Below, one piece after another: positions 53,130 to 63,076 of a stretch of DNA of 64,000 bases. How positions within the stretch are numbered: position 1 is the stretch's first letter; each line of letters begins with the position of its first letter. The notes beneath the pieces are model-generated. The model did no database searches. It worked only from the letters and a program-made list of their open reading frames with translations, and was not told where the DNA came from. This DNA comes from Luteolibacter sp. (lineage in GTDB: Bacteria; Verrucomicrobiota; Verrucomicrobiia; Verrucomicrobiales; Akkermansiaceae): contig JANOBS010000058.1 of the NCBI GenBank assembly GCA_031411755.1, positions 13,206 through 77,205 on the forward strand. The letters run 5' to 3'. The position numbers and the translations under genes are program-made.

Positions 53130-54035
53130 ATGATCCCGCTCCTGCTTTTTCCTGTTCTGGCTGCCGCAGTAGTCTGGCTGGCTGGTCGGCGTGATCCGGC
53201 GCGTGATCCGCGACTGACGACCCTTTCGCTCTGCTTGCTGGCGCTTTTCCCGCTGCTGTTGCTCCTGCCGAAAGTGCCGATCCTGCCAGCTCAGTCGGTC
53301 ATCACAACCGGGCAGTCGATGAACTTTCCGTGGTTGGATGCGCTGAAGCTGATCTGGATTTCCGGAGTCATCATGGGCTTGCTGAAGCTGGTCTCAAGCG
53401 GCTTGGGACTTCGGCGTTGGCTGAAGCGATCAGTCCTGGTTGCACGACTCGAAGACGGCATCGAGCTCCGGCAGTTGGAAACGATCCACGGTCCGGTGGC
53501 TGCCGGTGTTTTCCGCAAAGTGGTCTATGTGCCTTCCGAGTGGAGCCAGTGGGATGAGGAAACGCGGGCGACGGTATTGTCTCACGAACTCGCCCATCAC
53601 CATCGCCGCGATCCGCTGGTGCGCTGGATCGGCTCGCTGGTGGTGGTGCTCCATTGGTTCAACCCGCTCGTCCACTGGATGATCCGGCGACTGGCCTTGC
53701 AGTGCGAGCAGGCCTGTGACCGGCAGGTGGTTTCCAAAGGCGTCGCATCAGCCCGATACGCCGAGCTGCTATGCCGCTTCGCATCGGATCGCAGCATGCC
53801 GGTCGGAGCGCTCGCGATGGCGGAACAGTCCTCTCTGGAGCTGAGGGTCAGACATCTAATGCAGCCGAAGCGCGCGAAAGGCTTCATCACCCTCACGGTG
53901 CTGGCACTCATCACCGTCGGAGGAGCGAGCATCCTCGCCGTGGCGGGAAACAAGATCGCGCCCCTGCAAGCTGTGGATCCCGAGGAAGTGGAACTCCGGC
54001 TCAGCGCGGATCCATTCCCAGCGGATCAGCCGTAA
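53130..54035 (+). CDS. M56-family (BlaR1-like) membrane metalloprotease without an extracellular sensor domain
   Basis: Four N-terminal helices. Zinc site 'SHELAHHHRRDP'. 301 aa only. Confidence 0.8.
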   Translation: MIPLLLFPVLAAAVVWLAGRRDPARDPRLTTLSLCLLALFPLLLLLPKVPILPAQSVITTGQSMNFPWLDALKLIWISGVIMGLLKLVSSGLGLRRWLKRSVLVARLEDGIELRQLETIHGPVAAGVFRKVVYVPSEWSQWDEETRATVLSHELAHHHRRDPLVRWIGSLVVVLHWFNPLVHWMIRRLALQCEQACDRQVVSKGVASARYAELLCRFASDRSMPVGALAMAEQSSLELRVRHLMQPKRAKGFITLTVLALITVGGASILAVAGNKIAPLQAVDPEEVELRLSADPFPADQP

Positions 54036-54051
54036 CTTCCCATCCATCCCG

Positions 54052-54813
54052 ATGAGCGCGAAGCGGCTTCTGATCCTCACCTCCACCGGCGCCGTCCTTC
54101 TGGCTGCAGGTTTTCTGTTAGGAGAAAATTGGCATCAGGCGCCTAACGTTCCGATCAGCAGCCGGGAACCTGTCGGTCGCCAAACCGACGAGGCTCTGGT
54201 GCACCGCCTGTTGGAGGAAGATCTTGAGCACCGGATGTTTCCTTTCGCCGCCGTCGTTGAAGCCTCGTCCGGGAAACATGTCATTCCCCTGGAAGACATC
54301 GAGGCCCATCTTACAGTGAAGGCTGCCATCGAGGCTGCTTTGGAAAAGAGCCTGAAAACCCTCAGTGCGGAGGATTCACCGGTCCGCCAACTGCGCCGCA
54401 TCAATGAAGCCTCGCGCTTCTTTGAGGACGCCCTGCATGCCTCGATCAACGCCACTCCCGGCCTGCGCTGCGAGGTGCCACCCAACCGTCGTGGCGAGGC
54501 CCAGCGCAGCGGTTACCCGGATCTGAAGATCACCCACCTCGCCAGCGGCACGGTATTTTACCTCGATCCCAAGCTGGTCGAGCAAGGCTCCTGGAGCAGT
54601 ACGCTGCGGACCTTTTACTTCGAGCCGAAGGACGAGACGCTCAAGATCAACGACGACGCCATCCACCTGCTCTGCGGCATCGAGCACGACGGTCACGACG
54701 GTGAATGGAAATTCATCGGCTGGAAACTCGTGGATCTTTCCAAGCTCCAGGTGCGCCTCAAGGCGGAGTTCCAGGCTTCGAACGCGGACGTGTATGGCGG
54801 TGGGAAGAAGTGA
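54052..54813 (+). CDS. Hypothetical membrane-anchored protein; possible PD-(D/E)xK-like core (weak)
   Basis: N-terminal helix 'LLILTSTGAVLLAAGFLLG'. 'EASRFFED...GYPDLKITHLASGTVFYLDPKLVEQ' fits an E...PD...DxK spacing. It lies 16 nt after the M56 gene. Confidence 0.45.
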   Translation: MSAKRLLILTSTGAVLLAAGFLLGENWHQAPNVPISSREPVGRQTDEALVHRLLEEDLEHRMFPFAAVVEASSGKHVIPLEDIEAHLTVKAAIEAALEKSLKTLSAEDSPVRQLRRINEASRFFEDALHASINATPGLRCEVPPNRRGEAQRSGYPDLKITHLASGTVFYLDPKLVEQGSWSSTLRTFYFEPKDETLKINDDAIHLLCGIEHDGHDGEWKFIGWKLVDLSKLQVRLKAEFQASNADVYGGGKK

Positions 54814-54882
54814 TTGGACTCCCTGACGTCGCTTCTCCTTCTTCATGGACGCCGTGCCGACACCCGGCTAGCCTCCCCGCGA

Positions 54883-55314
54883 ATGCCAGCCCGTTCCCAA
54901 CGCACCAGCGGCTCCGTCGCGATGGATGACTACCTTGAGCAGATCCTCCATCTGATCGAGGCGAAGGGCTACGCGCGTGCGGTGGACATCTCCAGGAACC
55001 TCGGCATTTCCCAAGCCAGCGTGACCAACATGCTGCAAAGGCTGGATGTGGAGGGCTTGGTCAAACATGAGAAATACCGTGGGACGGTGCTCACCGAGGA
55101 AGGCAGGCGAATCGCGCAGGCCATCATCGAGCGGCATGAAACGCTGACCCGTTTCCTGCGACTGTTCGACCTCGATGAGGAAACGATCTACCGCGATGTC
55201 GAGGGCATGGAGCATCACGTTTCCAGAGCTACTCTCGAAGTGATCCGCGCCCTGGCCGATTCACTGGAAGCGGACAACGAACTGCTGAAACGCGTGCGGA
55301 AAAGGCTTTCCTAA
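54883..55314 (+). CDS. DtxR/MntR-family metal-dependent transcriptional regulator
   Basis: 'MDDYLEQILHLIEAKGYARAVDISRNLGISQASVTNMLQRLDVEGLVKHEKYRG'. The start may be 54883 or 54922. Confidence 0.8.
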   Translation: MPARSQRTSGSVAMDDYLEQILHLIEAKGYARAVDISRNLGISQASVTNMLQRLDVEGLVKHEKYRGTVLTEEGRRIAQAIIERHETLTRFLRLFDLDEETIYRDVEGMEHHVSRATLEVIRALADSLEADNELLKRVRKRLS

Positions 55315-58300
55315 CCGTTGCCCCAGCCACCACCGCCGGGTGTTTCGATGATGACGGACTCGCCGGCCTGAGCGGGGTAGGTGAGCGCTCCAGGGAGGTT
55401 CTCGCGTCTTCCATCCGGATACAGCCGCGTTTGGGAACCTGACAGTCCGGCGCCGCCGCCATCCAGCCCGGAAGGTTGCGTGGCCCTTCGTTCTGTTAGG
55501 AATGAAACCGTCAGTGCTTCGAGGAACTGGATCTCACGGATCACGCCGTCGCCACCGGTGCGCAGACCTTTTCCTCCGGATCCCCGGCGCAGTTCATAGC
55601 GACTGAGCCTGACCGGAAAACGATGCTCAAGAATCTCGGGTTCGGTGATCGCGGTGTTGGTCATGTGGACATGGCGTCCGCTGCATCCGGCATGGTGGGG
55701 TCCGGCTCCGGAGCCACCGGAAATCGTTTCATAGTAGCCGAAGCGGGAGTTTCCGAAGAGGAAGTTGTTCATCGTGCCGGGACCATTCGCGGAAAGTCCG
55801 AGCGCTTCCAGCAGGACATCCGCCACCCGCTGGCTGGTTTCCACATTGCCTCCGACGACTGCGGGACAATGTGCCGGATCCTCAGGAAATTCCGGATTCA
55901 GAAACCCGGCGGGAAGTACGATGTCCACGGGTTCAAGAAGACCTTCGTTCAGTGGCACATCGGCATCCAGCCACAGCCTGATCACGAACAGCACCACGCT
56001 GCGGAGAATCGCTGGAGTCGCGTTCAGGTTGCGTGGATGCACCGCGCCGCTGCCGGTGAAATCGATCCTCATGCGGCCGTCTGAAACTTTCAGGCTGACC
56101 GCGATCGGCGTCCCATCGTCGAGTGTGGTGTGACGGGATGAGTCGAGTCCTTCGAAGCCCTTGAGAAGTCCTCTCATCAGGATCGTGGAACGATCCAGAA
56201 TCGACCCCAGACGATCACGCACGAAGTTCCCACCACTTGATGCTGCCAGTTTTTCAAGCTCCCGGACGCCATGGTTCACCGAAGCCGCCTGGGCTTCCAG
56301 ATCCGCGAGATTTTCCAGCGGACGACGCGATGGATAAGGACCCTCGCGCAGAAGCTGATCGACCAGATCAATTCTGGAAACACCCGCAGTCACAAACTTC
56401 AGCGCTGGAATCACGACGCCCTCTTCTGCCAGGCAGCGCGCGTTGGCAGGCATCGAGCCCGGGGCCATGCCGCCGATTTCGGCATGATGGGCGCGGTTCG
56501 CCACGTAGCCAATCCGCTTTCCTTGTTGGTCGAATGCCGCTGCCAGGACGGTCACATCCGGCAGATGGGAGCCACCGGCTGCCGGATGATTCACGACCAC
56601 CCGATCGCCGGGAGAAAGATCGAGACGGGCCGCCACTTCCCGGACACAGACTCCGAGCGCTCCCAGATGCACCGGCACGTGCGGCGCGCTGATCACCAAA
56701 CGCCCCTCCGCATCGAGCAGTGCGCAGGAGTAATCGAGCCGTTCCCGGATGTTTGTCGAAAGCGCGGTGCGTCTGAGCAGGGCCCCCATGTCTTCGACGA
56801 TGCCCTCGAAACGGCTTCGAAACACGGCATCCTCGATCCCCGCCGCGCTCTGGGCCGATTCCCCGTTCGAGATCCCAGCCTTTTCCAATAATAGACTGCC
56901 CCGATCGCCGCGCTTCATCGTCCACCCGGCATCGATCACGCAGGTGCTGAAGCGATCCTGAAGCACCCGCGGCCCTTCAGCTTCAGAGGCTCTGAAATGC
57001 TCCTCAACGGTTGCAGTGGCCGTCTCTTCCGCGATGACCCGGAGAGTCACGAGTTCGATCGATCGTCCGGAGGTTGGAGGAAAGCCGTAGAGCGATCGAT
57101 AGGCCTCCTGAAAGCGTTCGCGCAATCCGTCTTCAGCCTGCTCCGGTGAGCTGAGTTCCAGATCGATCGCGGTGCTTTGACCTTCGAGGCAGAGTGCCGC
57201 CAGCCAGCGGAGGATCGGGGTTTCCACGCCTAGCCGATCAACGGCTACTGACGCGAGTTTTTCCCAGGATTCCGTGATGGGAAATCCTTCGAGCGGCTGA
57301 AGCACCTGCAGAATTGCGATTTCCTGGCGGCAAGCGTGGTCAAGGCCTCGCGCGCTGAGCAGGCCCGCATCACCGGGAACGATCACCTGTCTCACTCCCA
57401 GTCGATCCGCCACCGCGCAGGCGTGCTGAGGGCCCGCTCCACCGAAGGCCAACAGGACATGATCACCTGGCACCGCGCCTTCACGGACCGAGACCGTGCG
57501 GATCGCCTCCGCCATTTTTTCAATCGCGATGCGTCGCAGGCCGTCCAACAGTTCAAGATCCGAGGGCGCCTCGATGCCTTCATCCTCCATCGCCTGCCTC
57601 AGCTCCTTCAATCGCGTCCGGGCCGGAGACTCATCGAGCGGAATCCCCGCGCCCTCGACACGCATCAGGCCTAACAGAAGATTCACATCGGTGACCGTCA
57701 AGGGTCCACCGCGACCGTAGCAGGCAGGACCGGGCATGGCTCCGGCGCTTTCCGGACCGACCTCCAAGCGCCCGAGATGCCAGCGGCAGATCGAGCCACC
57801 ACCTGCGGCGACGGTGTGGATTTTCAAGGCCGGAGCCAGCACGCGGGCCGGGCCGACCTCCTGCTCGTAGCGATAGGAAAACGGGCCATCGATCCGCGCG
57901 ACGTCCGTGCTGGTGCCGCCCATGTCGAAGGCGATCACTTTTCCGAAACCCGCTGCTCGTGCGACGCTGGCTGCACCCACGAGACCTCCCGCAGGGCCTG
58001 ACAACAACGAATCCTTCGCCCGGTAGAACGATGCGGGAACCAGGCCGCCGGCGCTGGTCATCAGGATCGGCTCACCGGTTTCCATGGCCTCCTTCACGCC
58101 GTCGATGAACTTCCGCATCACTGGTGAAAGCCAGGCATCTGCAATGGCGGTTTCCATTCGACCTAAAAATCCGATCACCGGCGCGACCGACGAGGATGTG
58201 GAGACTGTTTCAAATCCCTCGTCCAGCAGCCAAGTCGCCACTTGCGCCTCGAATTCAGGCCGACGCCATGCATGGAGCAAGGCCACAGCGGCAACCCGTA

Positions 58301-58946
58301 TGCCGGCAGTCAGACACTCACGGGCGGCGGAACGGACTTCAACTTCGTCCGGAGCTTCGATGATTTCGCCTGAGGCATCGAGCCGGCCACGAATGCCGAA
58401 AATGCGACTCGGAAGCACCTCGGGTTCAGGTTGGGAAAGTGAAAACAAGTGGGTTCTCCGCTGATCCCTCAGGATCGGCAGATCGGTGAAACCACGGGTG
58501 ATGAACAAGGCGGTCGGTGCTCCCTTTCGCTCCAGCAGGGCATTGGTGCCACGTGTGGTCGCCACGCGGAAATCCATCGCGGGCAGCTTCCGCGAAACGG
58601 GCACGCCCATCAGCAATCGCGCGGCCACGACCGGAGGCTCCTCGCCTGATCGCAGCGTGAGTCGATCCCCATCCACCGGCCCATTCAGAAGAATCCTGCG
58701 ACCCTGCTCGCGACTGGAGATCACCTGTTCCCCGCCGTCGGTCACGAAGCCCGTGAGCACGTCATCAGCGAGGTCGAGCGGGCAATCCGTGATCAACCAG
58801 CCGTCGTCCGCACGTTCGGATATCCCCAGCACGAGGCTCCCGTCGGAGAGCACCTTGATGCGGCGCTCATTCCCATCGGGATCGAGCGCCCACGCGTCCG
58901 TGAAGGTGCCACCGGTATCGACGCGGACTTTCCACTGCGTCTCCAC
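55311..58946 (-). CDS. Hydantoinase/5-oxoprolinase (fused HyuA + HyuB)
   Basis: 1,211 aa. The N-terminal 'VRVDTGGTFTDAW' is a hydantoinase A ATPase fold, and the C-terminal hydantoinase B part has 'GGSGAGPHHAG'. Confidence 0.85.
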   Translation of the reverse strand: METQWKVRVDTGGTFTDAWALDPDGNERRIKVLSDGSLVLGISERADDGWLITDCPLDLADDVLTGFVTDGGEQVISSREQGRRILLNGPVDGDRLTLRSGEEPPVVAARLLMGVPVSRKLPAMDFRVATTRGTNALLERKGAPTALFITRGFTDLPILRDQRRTHLFSLSQPEPEVLPSRIFGIRGRLDASGEIIEAPDEVEVRSAARECLTAGIRVAAVALLHAWRRPEFEAQVATWLLDEGFETVSTSSSVAPVIGFLGRMETAIADAWLSPVMRKFIDGVKEAMETGEPILMTSAGGLVPASFYRAKDSLLSGPAGGLVGAASVARAAGFGKVIAFDMGGTSTDVARIDGPFSYRYEQEVGPARVLAPALKIHTVAAGGGSICRWHLGRLEVGPESAGAMPGPACYGRGGPLTVTDVNLLLGLMRVEGAGIPLDESPARTRLKELRQAMEDEGIEAPSDLELLDGLRRIAIEKMAEAIRTVSVREGAVPGDHVLLAFGGAGPQHACAVADRLGVRQVIVPGDAGLLSARGLDHACRQEIAILQVLQPLEGFPITESWEKLASVAVDRLGVETPILRWLAALCLEGQSTAIDLELSSPEQAEDGLRERFQEAYRSLYGFPPTSGRSIELVTLRVIAEETATATVEEHFRASEAEGPRVLQDRFSTCVIDAGWTMKRGDRGSLLLEKAGISNGESAQSAAGIEDAVFRSRFEGIVEDMGALLRRTALSTNIRERLDYSCALLDAEGRLVISAPHVPVHLGALGVCVREVAARLDLSPGDRVVVNHPAAGGSHLPDVTVLAAAFDQQGKRIGYVANRAHHAEIGGMAPGSMPANARCLAEEGVVIPALKFVTAGVSRIDLVDQLLREGPYPSRRPLENLADLEAQAASVNHGVRELEKLAASSGGNFVRDRLGSILDRSTILMRGLLKGFEGLDSSRHTTLDDGTPIAVSLKVSDGRMRIDFTGSGAVHPRNLNATPAILRSVVLFVIRLWLDADVPLNEGLLEPVDIVLPAGFLNPEFPEDPAHCPAVVGGNVETSQRVADVLLEALGLSANGPGTMNNFLFGNSRFGYYETISGGSGAGPHHAGCSGRHVHMTNTAITEPEILEHRFPVRLSRYELRRGSGGKGLRTGGDGVIREIQFLEALTVSFLTERRATQPSGLDGGGAGLSGSQTRLYPDGRRENLPGALTYPAQAGESVIIETPGGGGWGNG

Positions 58947-58959
58947 GTCGTTTCCCGGA

Positions 58960-59847
58960 TCAGGCCGTGCGGCCGAGTTCGCGGGCGACGATCATCAGCG
59001 TTTCGCGCACACCCGGCGCGAAGCCACCGTCGGTCTGCACCGCGAGCAGCACGCTGCCTTCACGGATGAAGTCGACTGGCACGCTGCCAGCGTAAAGTTT
59101 CAGGCCGCCGCCGCCAAAGCCGAGGTTCGCGAGGACATGCTTGATCGCCTCGATCGCGGCGATGTCCTGGGTCCCCACACGGGCGATGTGGCGGATGCCG
59201 GGAAGGGCTCGGGAACGCTGGATGATCTCATCGTGATTCATTTCGCGATCGACGCCGAAGATGGCACGGAGCTCAAGTTGGCGGATCGAGAAGGAATCGG
59301 ACTCCTGGGAAACCGGCTGCTGGGTCGGCGCGGGCGTGGGAGTCGGTGCAGGTGCTGGCGCGGGAACTTGAGGGGCAGCTGGAGTGGTTTGCGCGACTGG
59401 AACCGGAGTCGAAGGAGCTGCTGGTTGTGGCCATCCGCCGAAGGTCGGGGCGGGGGCGGGTGCCGGGACGGGGGGCTGCTCGTAGGAAAACGGCGAGGCT
59501 GCCTGCGGGGCGGGAGGAGGCGTGGCGATCGCAAAGGGAGAGGCTGGTGGAGCGACCTCGAACGGCGAAGAGGCAAAGCTCGGCGGCGTGGCTTCATAGC
59601 CGAATCCCTCCTTGGGATCCGCGACCTGGAATGGGGTATCACCCACGCGGCGCTTTTCCGGAAGCTTGGCGGGCTTTCCTGGCTCCAGTGCTTTCGCCCC
59701 GTTGGTGTCCTCGGCCATGGCGAAGGGAGAATCCGGACGAGCCTGGGCGAACGGACTAACAGGAGCCGTTTCAGGAACCACTGTGAACGGACTGGCCGCT
59801 GGGGCTTGGCCTGGGAAGGTTTCGAAAATTCCGCGCGAGGTATTCAT
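58960..59847 (-). CDS. Hypothetical proline-rich protein with seven (S/T)PF motifs and a globular C-terminal domain
   Basis: The motifs are ASPFTV, VSPFAQ, DSPFAM, DTPFQV, SSPFEV, ASPFAI and ASPFSY. A PAPAP linker follows, then a ~110-aa alpha/beta C-terminal domain. Confidence 0.55.
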   Translation of the reverse strand: MNTSRGIFETFPGQAPAASPFTVVPETAPVSPFAQARPDSPFAMAEDTNGAKALEPGKPAKLPEKRRVGDTPFQVADPKEGFGYEATPPSFASSPFEVAPPASPFAIATPPPAPQAASPFSYEQPPVPAPAPAPTFGGWPQPAAPSTPVPVAQTTPAAPQVPAPAPAPTPTPAPTQQPVSQESDSFSIRQLELRAIFGVDREMNHDEIIQRSRALPGIRHIARVGTQDIAAIEAIKHVLANLGFGGGGLKLYAGSVPVDFIREGSVLLAVQTDGGFAPGVRETLMIVARELGRTA

Positions 59848-59938
59848 GTTCCAGAGGTGGTTCGTAGCGGCAATACGCCGATTCCGTGGATGGAAATAGC
59901 TACGGAAATACGGAAAGTCGAGCTTCCATCTGAGAATT

Positions 59939-60496
59939 TCAGCCCCCTGATCCTTGCAACGCCAGCTTCCGCAAGCGATTGCGAAGAGCCACCTTGCTGG
60001 CGGCGGGGAGTCTGTCGATGAACAGCACGCCGTTCAAGTGATCGATCTCATGCTGAAGCGCGCGGGAGAGCAGTCCGTCGGTTTCGAGCACCATCGTACG
60101 GCCGTCCAGCATCTGGAGCGTGGCCTTCACATCCAGCGGCCTTCTCACCTCGGAGCGGATGCCACGGATGCTGAGGCAGCCTTCCATGCCGGACTCCTTT
60201 TCATCGCCGAACTCCAGCTCGGGATTGATGAAGACCAGCGGCATGATCGAAAGCAGGTCGGCGTCCTCGCCATTGACACGGAGGTAGGACACGCATTCCG
60301 GATCGTGGGAAACATCGATCACCGCCAGGCGGAGATCCACGCCCACCTGGGGCGCCGCCAGGCCGACTCCATTGGCATCGACCATCGTTTCGAGCATGTC
60401 GCTTACGAACTGGATCAGGCTGTCATCAACCTTTTCGACGGGCTTGCAACGCTGGCGAAGGACTGGGTGACCGTATTGGACGATATCAAGGATCAT
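59939..60496 (-). CDS. def: Peptide deformylase
   Basis: 'GVGLAAPQVG', 'EGCLS' and 'HEIDHLNG'. Confidence 0.95.
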   Translation of the reverse strand: MILDIVQYGHPVLRQRCKPVEKVDDSLIQFVSDMLETMVDANGVGLAAPQVGVDLRLAVIDVSHDPECVSYLRVNGEDADLLSIMPLVFINPELEFGDEKESGMEGCLSIRGIRSEVRRPLDVKATLQMLDGRTMVLETDGLLSRALQHEIDHLNGVLFIDRLPAASKVALRNRLRKLALQGSGG

Positions 60497-60933
60497 GGAC
60501 CGGGCGGGGCTGGGCTCTGTTCCGGCAAGCGGATGCGGGCGGGCACGTCCTTAATGGGAATTCCCGCCTTGGTCAACGAATCCCAAACCGCGAGCAGTCG
60601 TTCCAGCGGCAGCTGCTTGTCGGCCTCCAGTTCCAGCTTCCGGCCGGGATTCTGTTTCTGATAAGCGGCAAGGTAGGATTCCAAAAGGCCATCGGGCACG
60701 GTCAGTGAGTCGAGGGTGACCTTGCCGCTGGCATCGACCGCGATGACCGAGCGCTCCTCGGACACCTGATCGGACTTCACCTCATGGACGGTCGGCAGTT
60801 CGATCCGCAGAACATTTCGAGGCTTCTTGAAGTGCGTGGAGACGATAAAAAAGATCAGCAGCACGAGCAGGATGTCGATCAGCGGCACGATCTGCACCGT
60901 GTTCCGGCCCTTCGGTGGACGATGAAATTTCAT
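60493..60933 (-). CDS. exbD: ExbD/TolR biopolymer transport protein
   Basis: 'VQIVPLIDILLVLLIFFIV'. It overlaps def by 4 nt. Confidence 0.85.
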   Translation of the reverse strand: MKFHRPPKGRNTVQIVPLIDILLVLLIFFIVSTHFKKPRNVLRIELPTVHEVKSDQVSEERSVIAVDASGKVTLDSLTVPDGLLESYLAAYQKQNPGRKLELEADKQLPLERLLAVWDSLTKAGIPIKDVPARIRLPEQSPAPPGP

Positions 60934-60939
60934 GGTCGG

Positions 60940-61653
60940 TCAGGCGTTGGAACCCTTCGCGCAGAGGCGGGAAAGATCGGCCAGTACGGATTCCAGGCGT
61001 GCGGTCATCAGTTCGATGCGGCGCATGAACCAGCCGTGTGCCACCACCGCCACCACGGCGATCGAGATGCCGAAGATCGTGGTGTGAAGCGCTTCGGCGA
61101 TGCCGCGCGCGATGGCGAGGTGATCAGAGGCATCACTAAGGCCACGGAAGACATTCACCAGGCCGCTGACGGTGCCGAGGAGGCCGAGCAGCGGGGCGAC
61201 GGTGATCAGCACGTCGAGCGTCTGGATGCCGGAATGGATGCGGACCATTTCTCCGCGCGCGGCGGACTCGACGGCATTCGTGATCTCGACCTGGGATTTT
61301 CCCGAATGCCGGAAAACCACGCCGCCCAAGCGGGCCAGTGCGCTGTCGCCACGGCGGAAGCGGTTCTGCAGGGCCTCCCATTTTCCCGAATCGCTGGTCT
61401 CATCGAGGGACTCGATCTCCACCGCAAGGCTTTCGGGGACGATGGTGGAGCGGCGCAGGGAGACGACCTTGAATACAATCACCATCATCCCGACCACGGA
61501 GGCCAGCACCAGTGGGTAGATGAACAGGCCGCCATCACGGAAGAAGCCCACCAGGGAATCCACTCCATTGATCGAGGTAGAGGATTCGGCGAGAGGCAGC
61601 GGAAGTTGGGAGATCATGGGAAACGGTCGCTTGGCGAGATACCGGGCATCCAT
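60940..61653 (-). CDS. exbB: MotA/TolQ/ExbB proton-channel protein
   Basis: 'LDVLITVAPLLGLLGTVSGLVNVF'. An alternative start is 61617. Confidence 0.85.
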   Translation of the reverse strand: MDARYLAKRPFPMISQLPLPLAESSTSINGVDSLVGFFRDGGLFIYPLVLASVVGMMVIVFKVVSLRRSTIVPESLAVEIESLDETSDSGKWEALQNRFRRGDSALARLGGVVFRHSGKSQVEITNAVESAARGEMVRIHSGIQTLDVLITVAPLLGLLGTVSGLVNVFRGLSDASDHLAIARGIAEALHTTIFGISIAVVAVVAHGWFMRRIELMTARLESVLADLSRLCAKGSNA

Positions 61654-61742
61654 AGCGGACCAATCCCGGAAGCAACAAGGCTAGAAGTGGTTGATCGCCA
61701 CTCACGGGTTGCGCGTTTTCCATTTCCCGCTAATCTGCTCCC

Positions 61743-62906
61743 ATGCTTTCAAAAGCCTCCTTTTGCTGTGCCGTCCTGCTGACCGTGGACTCCGCGTCTG
61801 CCCGTCTCGGGGTGGAAAAAGTCGCCGAGAAGTTCGATCGCCCGGTTTGGGTGGGCCAGCCCGCCGGGATCAACGACAAGCTGTGGGTAATCGAACAGGT
61901 CGGAAAGGTCTGGATCATCGACGCGAAAACCGGGGCGCGTTCGGAAAAGCCCTTCCTCGATATCACCGCCGATGTCAGCCGTAAGGGCAATGAAATGGGA
62001 TTGCTCGGACTGGCCTTCGCGCCGGACTTCAAGACCAGCGGCCGCTTCTATGTGAATTTCACCGACGGCTCGATCAAGACCCGCATCGTCCGCTTCACGG
62101 CCAAAAAGTCGAACCTGATGGAAACGGAAGCGTCCTCCGCCGAGGTTCTCTTCACCTACGACCAGCCCTACCAGAACCATAATGGCGGCTGGATCGACTT
62201 CGGGCCCGATGGGTTCCTCTACATTTCCGCAGGTGACGGCGGTGCAGGCGATGATCCCCAGAACCGCGCCCAGGATCTGAAGACTCACCTCGGAAAGATG
62301 CTTCGGATCGATGTTTCACCGACGAAGGGCTACCAGGTACCCAAGGACAATCCTTTCGTAGGCAAGTCTGATGCAAAGCCGGAGATCTACAGCTATGGAC
62401 TTCGCAATGCCTGGCGCTGCTCGTTCGACCGTAAGACGGGCGATTTCTGGATCGGCGATGTCGGCCAGAACAAGTGGGAGGAAATCAATGTGATGGCAAA
62501 AGGGACGGCGCGAGGTGCCAATTTCGGATGGCGTCTGCGCGAGGCCGACGTGCCGAATCCGAATGGCAAGATCGCCGGCGACAATCCTCCGGGCGCGATC
62601 GATCCGGTCTACGTCTACAAGCACGGCGGCGGAAAGACCGAGGGCATGTCGGTCACTGGTGGCTATGTTTATCGCGGACCCATCCGGGAACTGGAGGGGC
62701 GTTACGTGTTCGCAGATTACCAGAATCCCCGCATCTGGTCGTTCGATCTCAAAAGCGGAAAAGCCAGCGGATTCAAGGATCTGACCGATGAATTGAAACC
62801 CGAAGGCGGCCGCATCAACCTGATTTCCTCGTTTGGAGAGGACAATTCCGGCGATCTCTATGTGGTTGATTTCACCGGTTCGATTTACCGGATTGTGGAG
62901 AAGTAA
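61743..62906 (+). CDS. PQQ-dependent sugar (glucose/sorbosone) dehydrogenase-family beta-propeller
   Basis: Signal peptide. 'NHNGGWIDFGPDGFLYISAGDGG', 'GLRNAWRCSFD'. Confidence 0.8.
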   Translation: MLSKASFCCAVLLTVDSASARLGVEKVAEKFDRPVWVGQPAGINDKLWVIEQVGKVWIIDAKTGARSEKPFLDITADVSRKGNEMGLLGLAFAPDFKTSGRFYVNFTDGSIKTRIVRFTAKKSNLMETEASSAEVLFTYDQPYQNHNGGWIDFGPDGFLYISAGDGGAGDDPQNRAQDLKTHLGKMLRIDVSPTKGYQVPKDNPFVGKSDAKPEIYSYGLRNAWRCSFDRKTGDFWIGDVGQNKWEEINVMAKGTARGANFGWRLREADVPNPNGKIAGDNPPGAIDPVYVYKHGGGKTEGMSVTGGYVYRGPIRELEGRYVFADYQNPRIWSFDLKSGKASGFKDLTDELKPEGGRINLISSFGEDNSGDLYVVDFTGSIYRIVEK

Positions 62907-63076
62907 TTCGCGAAAGATTGGAAGACTGGAATCTTTGGCGGTGGCGAAATGATCGCTGAAACCAGGCTTTTTGATGGACGACGCCTGTTTTGAGGCTGGG
63001 TTTGTCTCTTAAATACCAATTTTCAAATTGCCATTGCCTGTAAAAGAGGCAACTTGCGTCTGGAATCCCAATTCTC

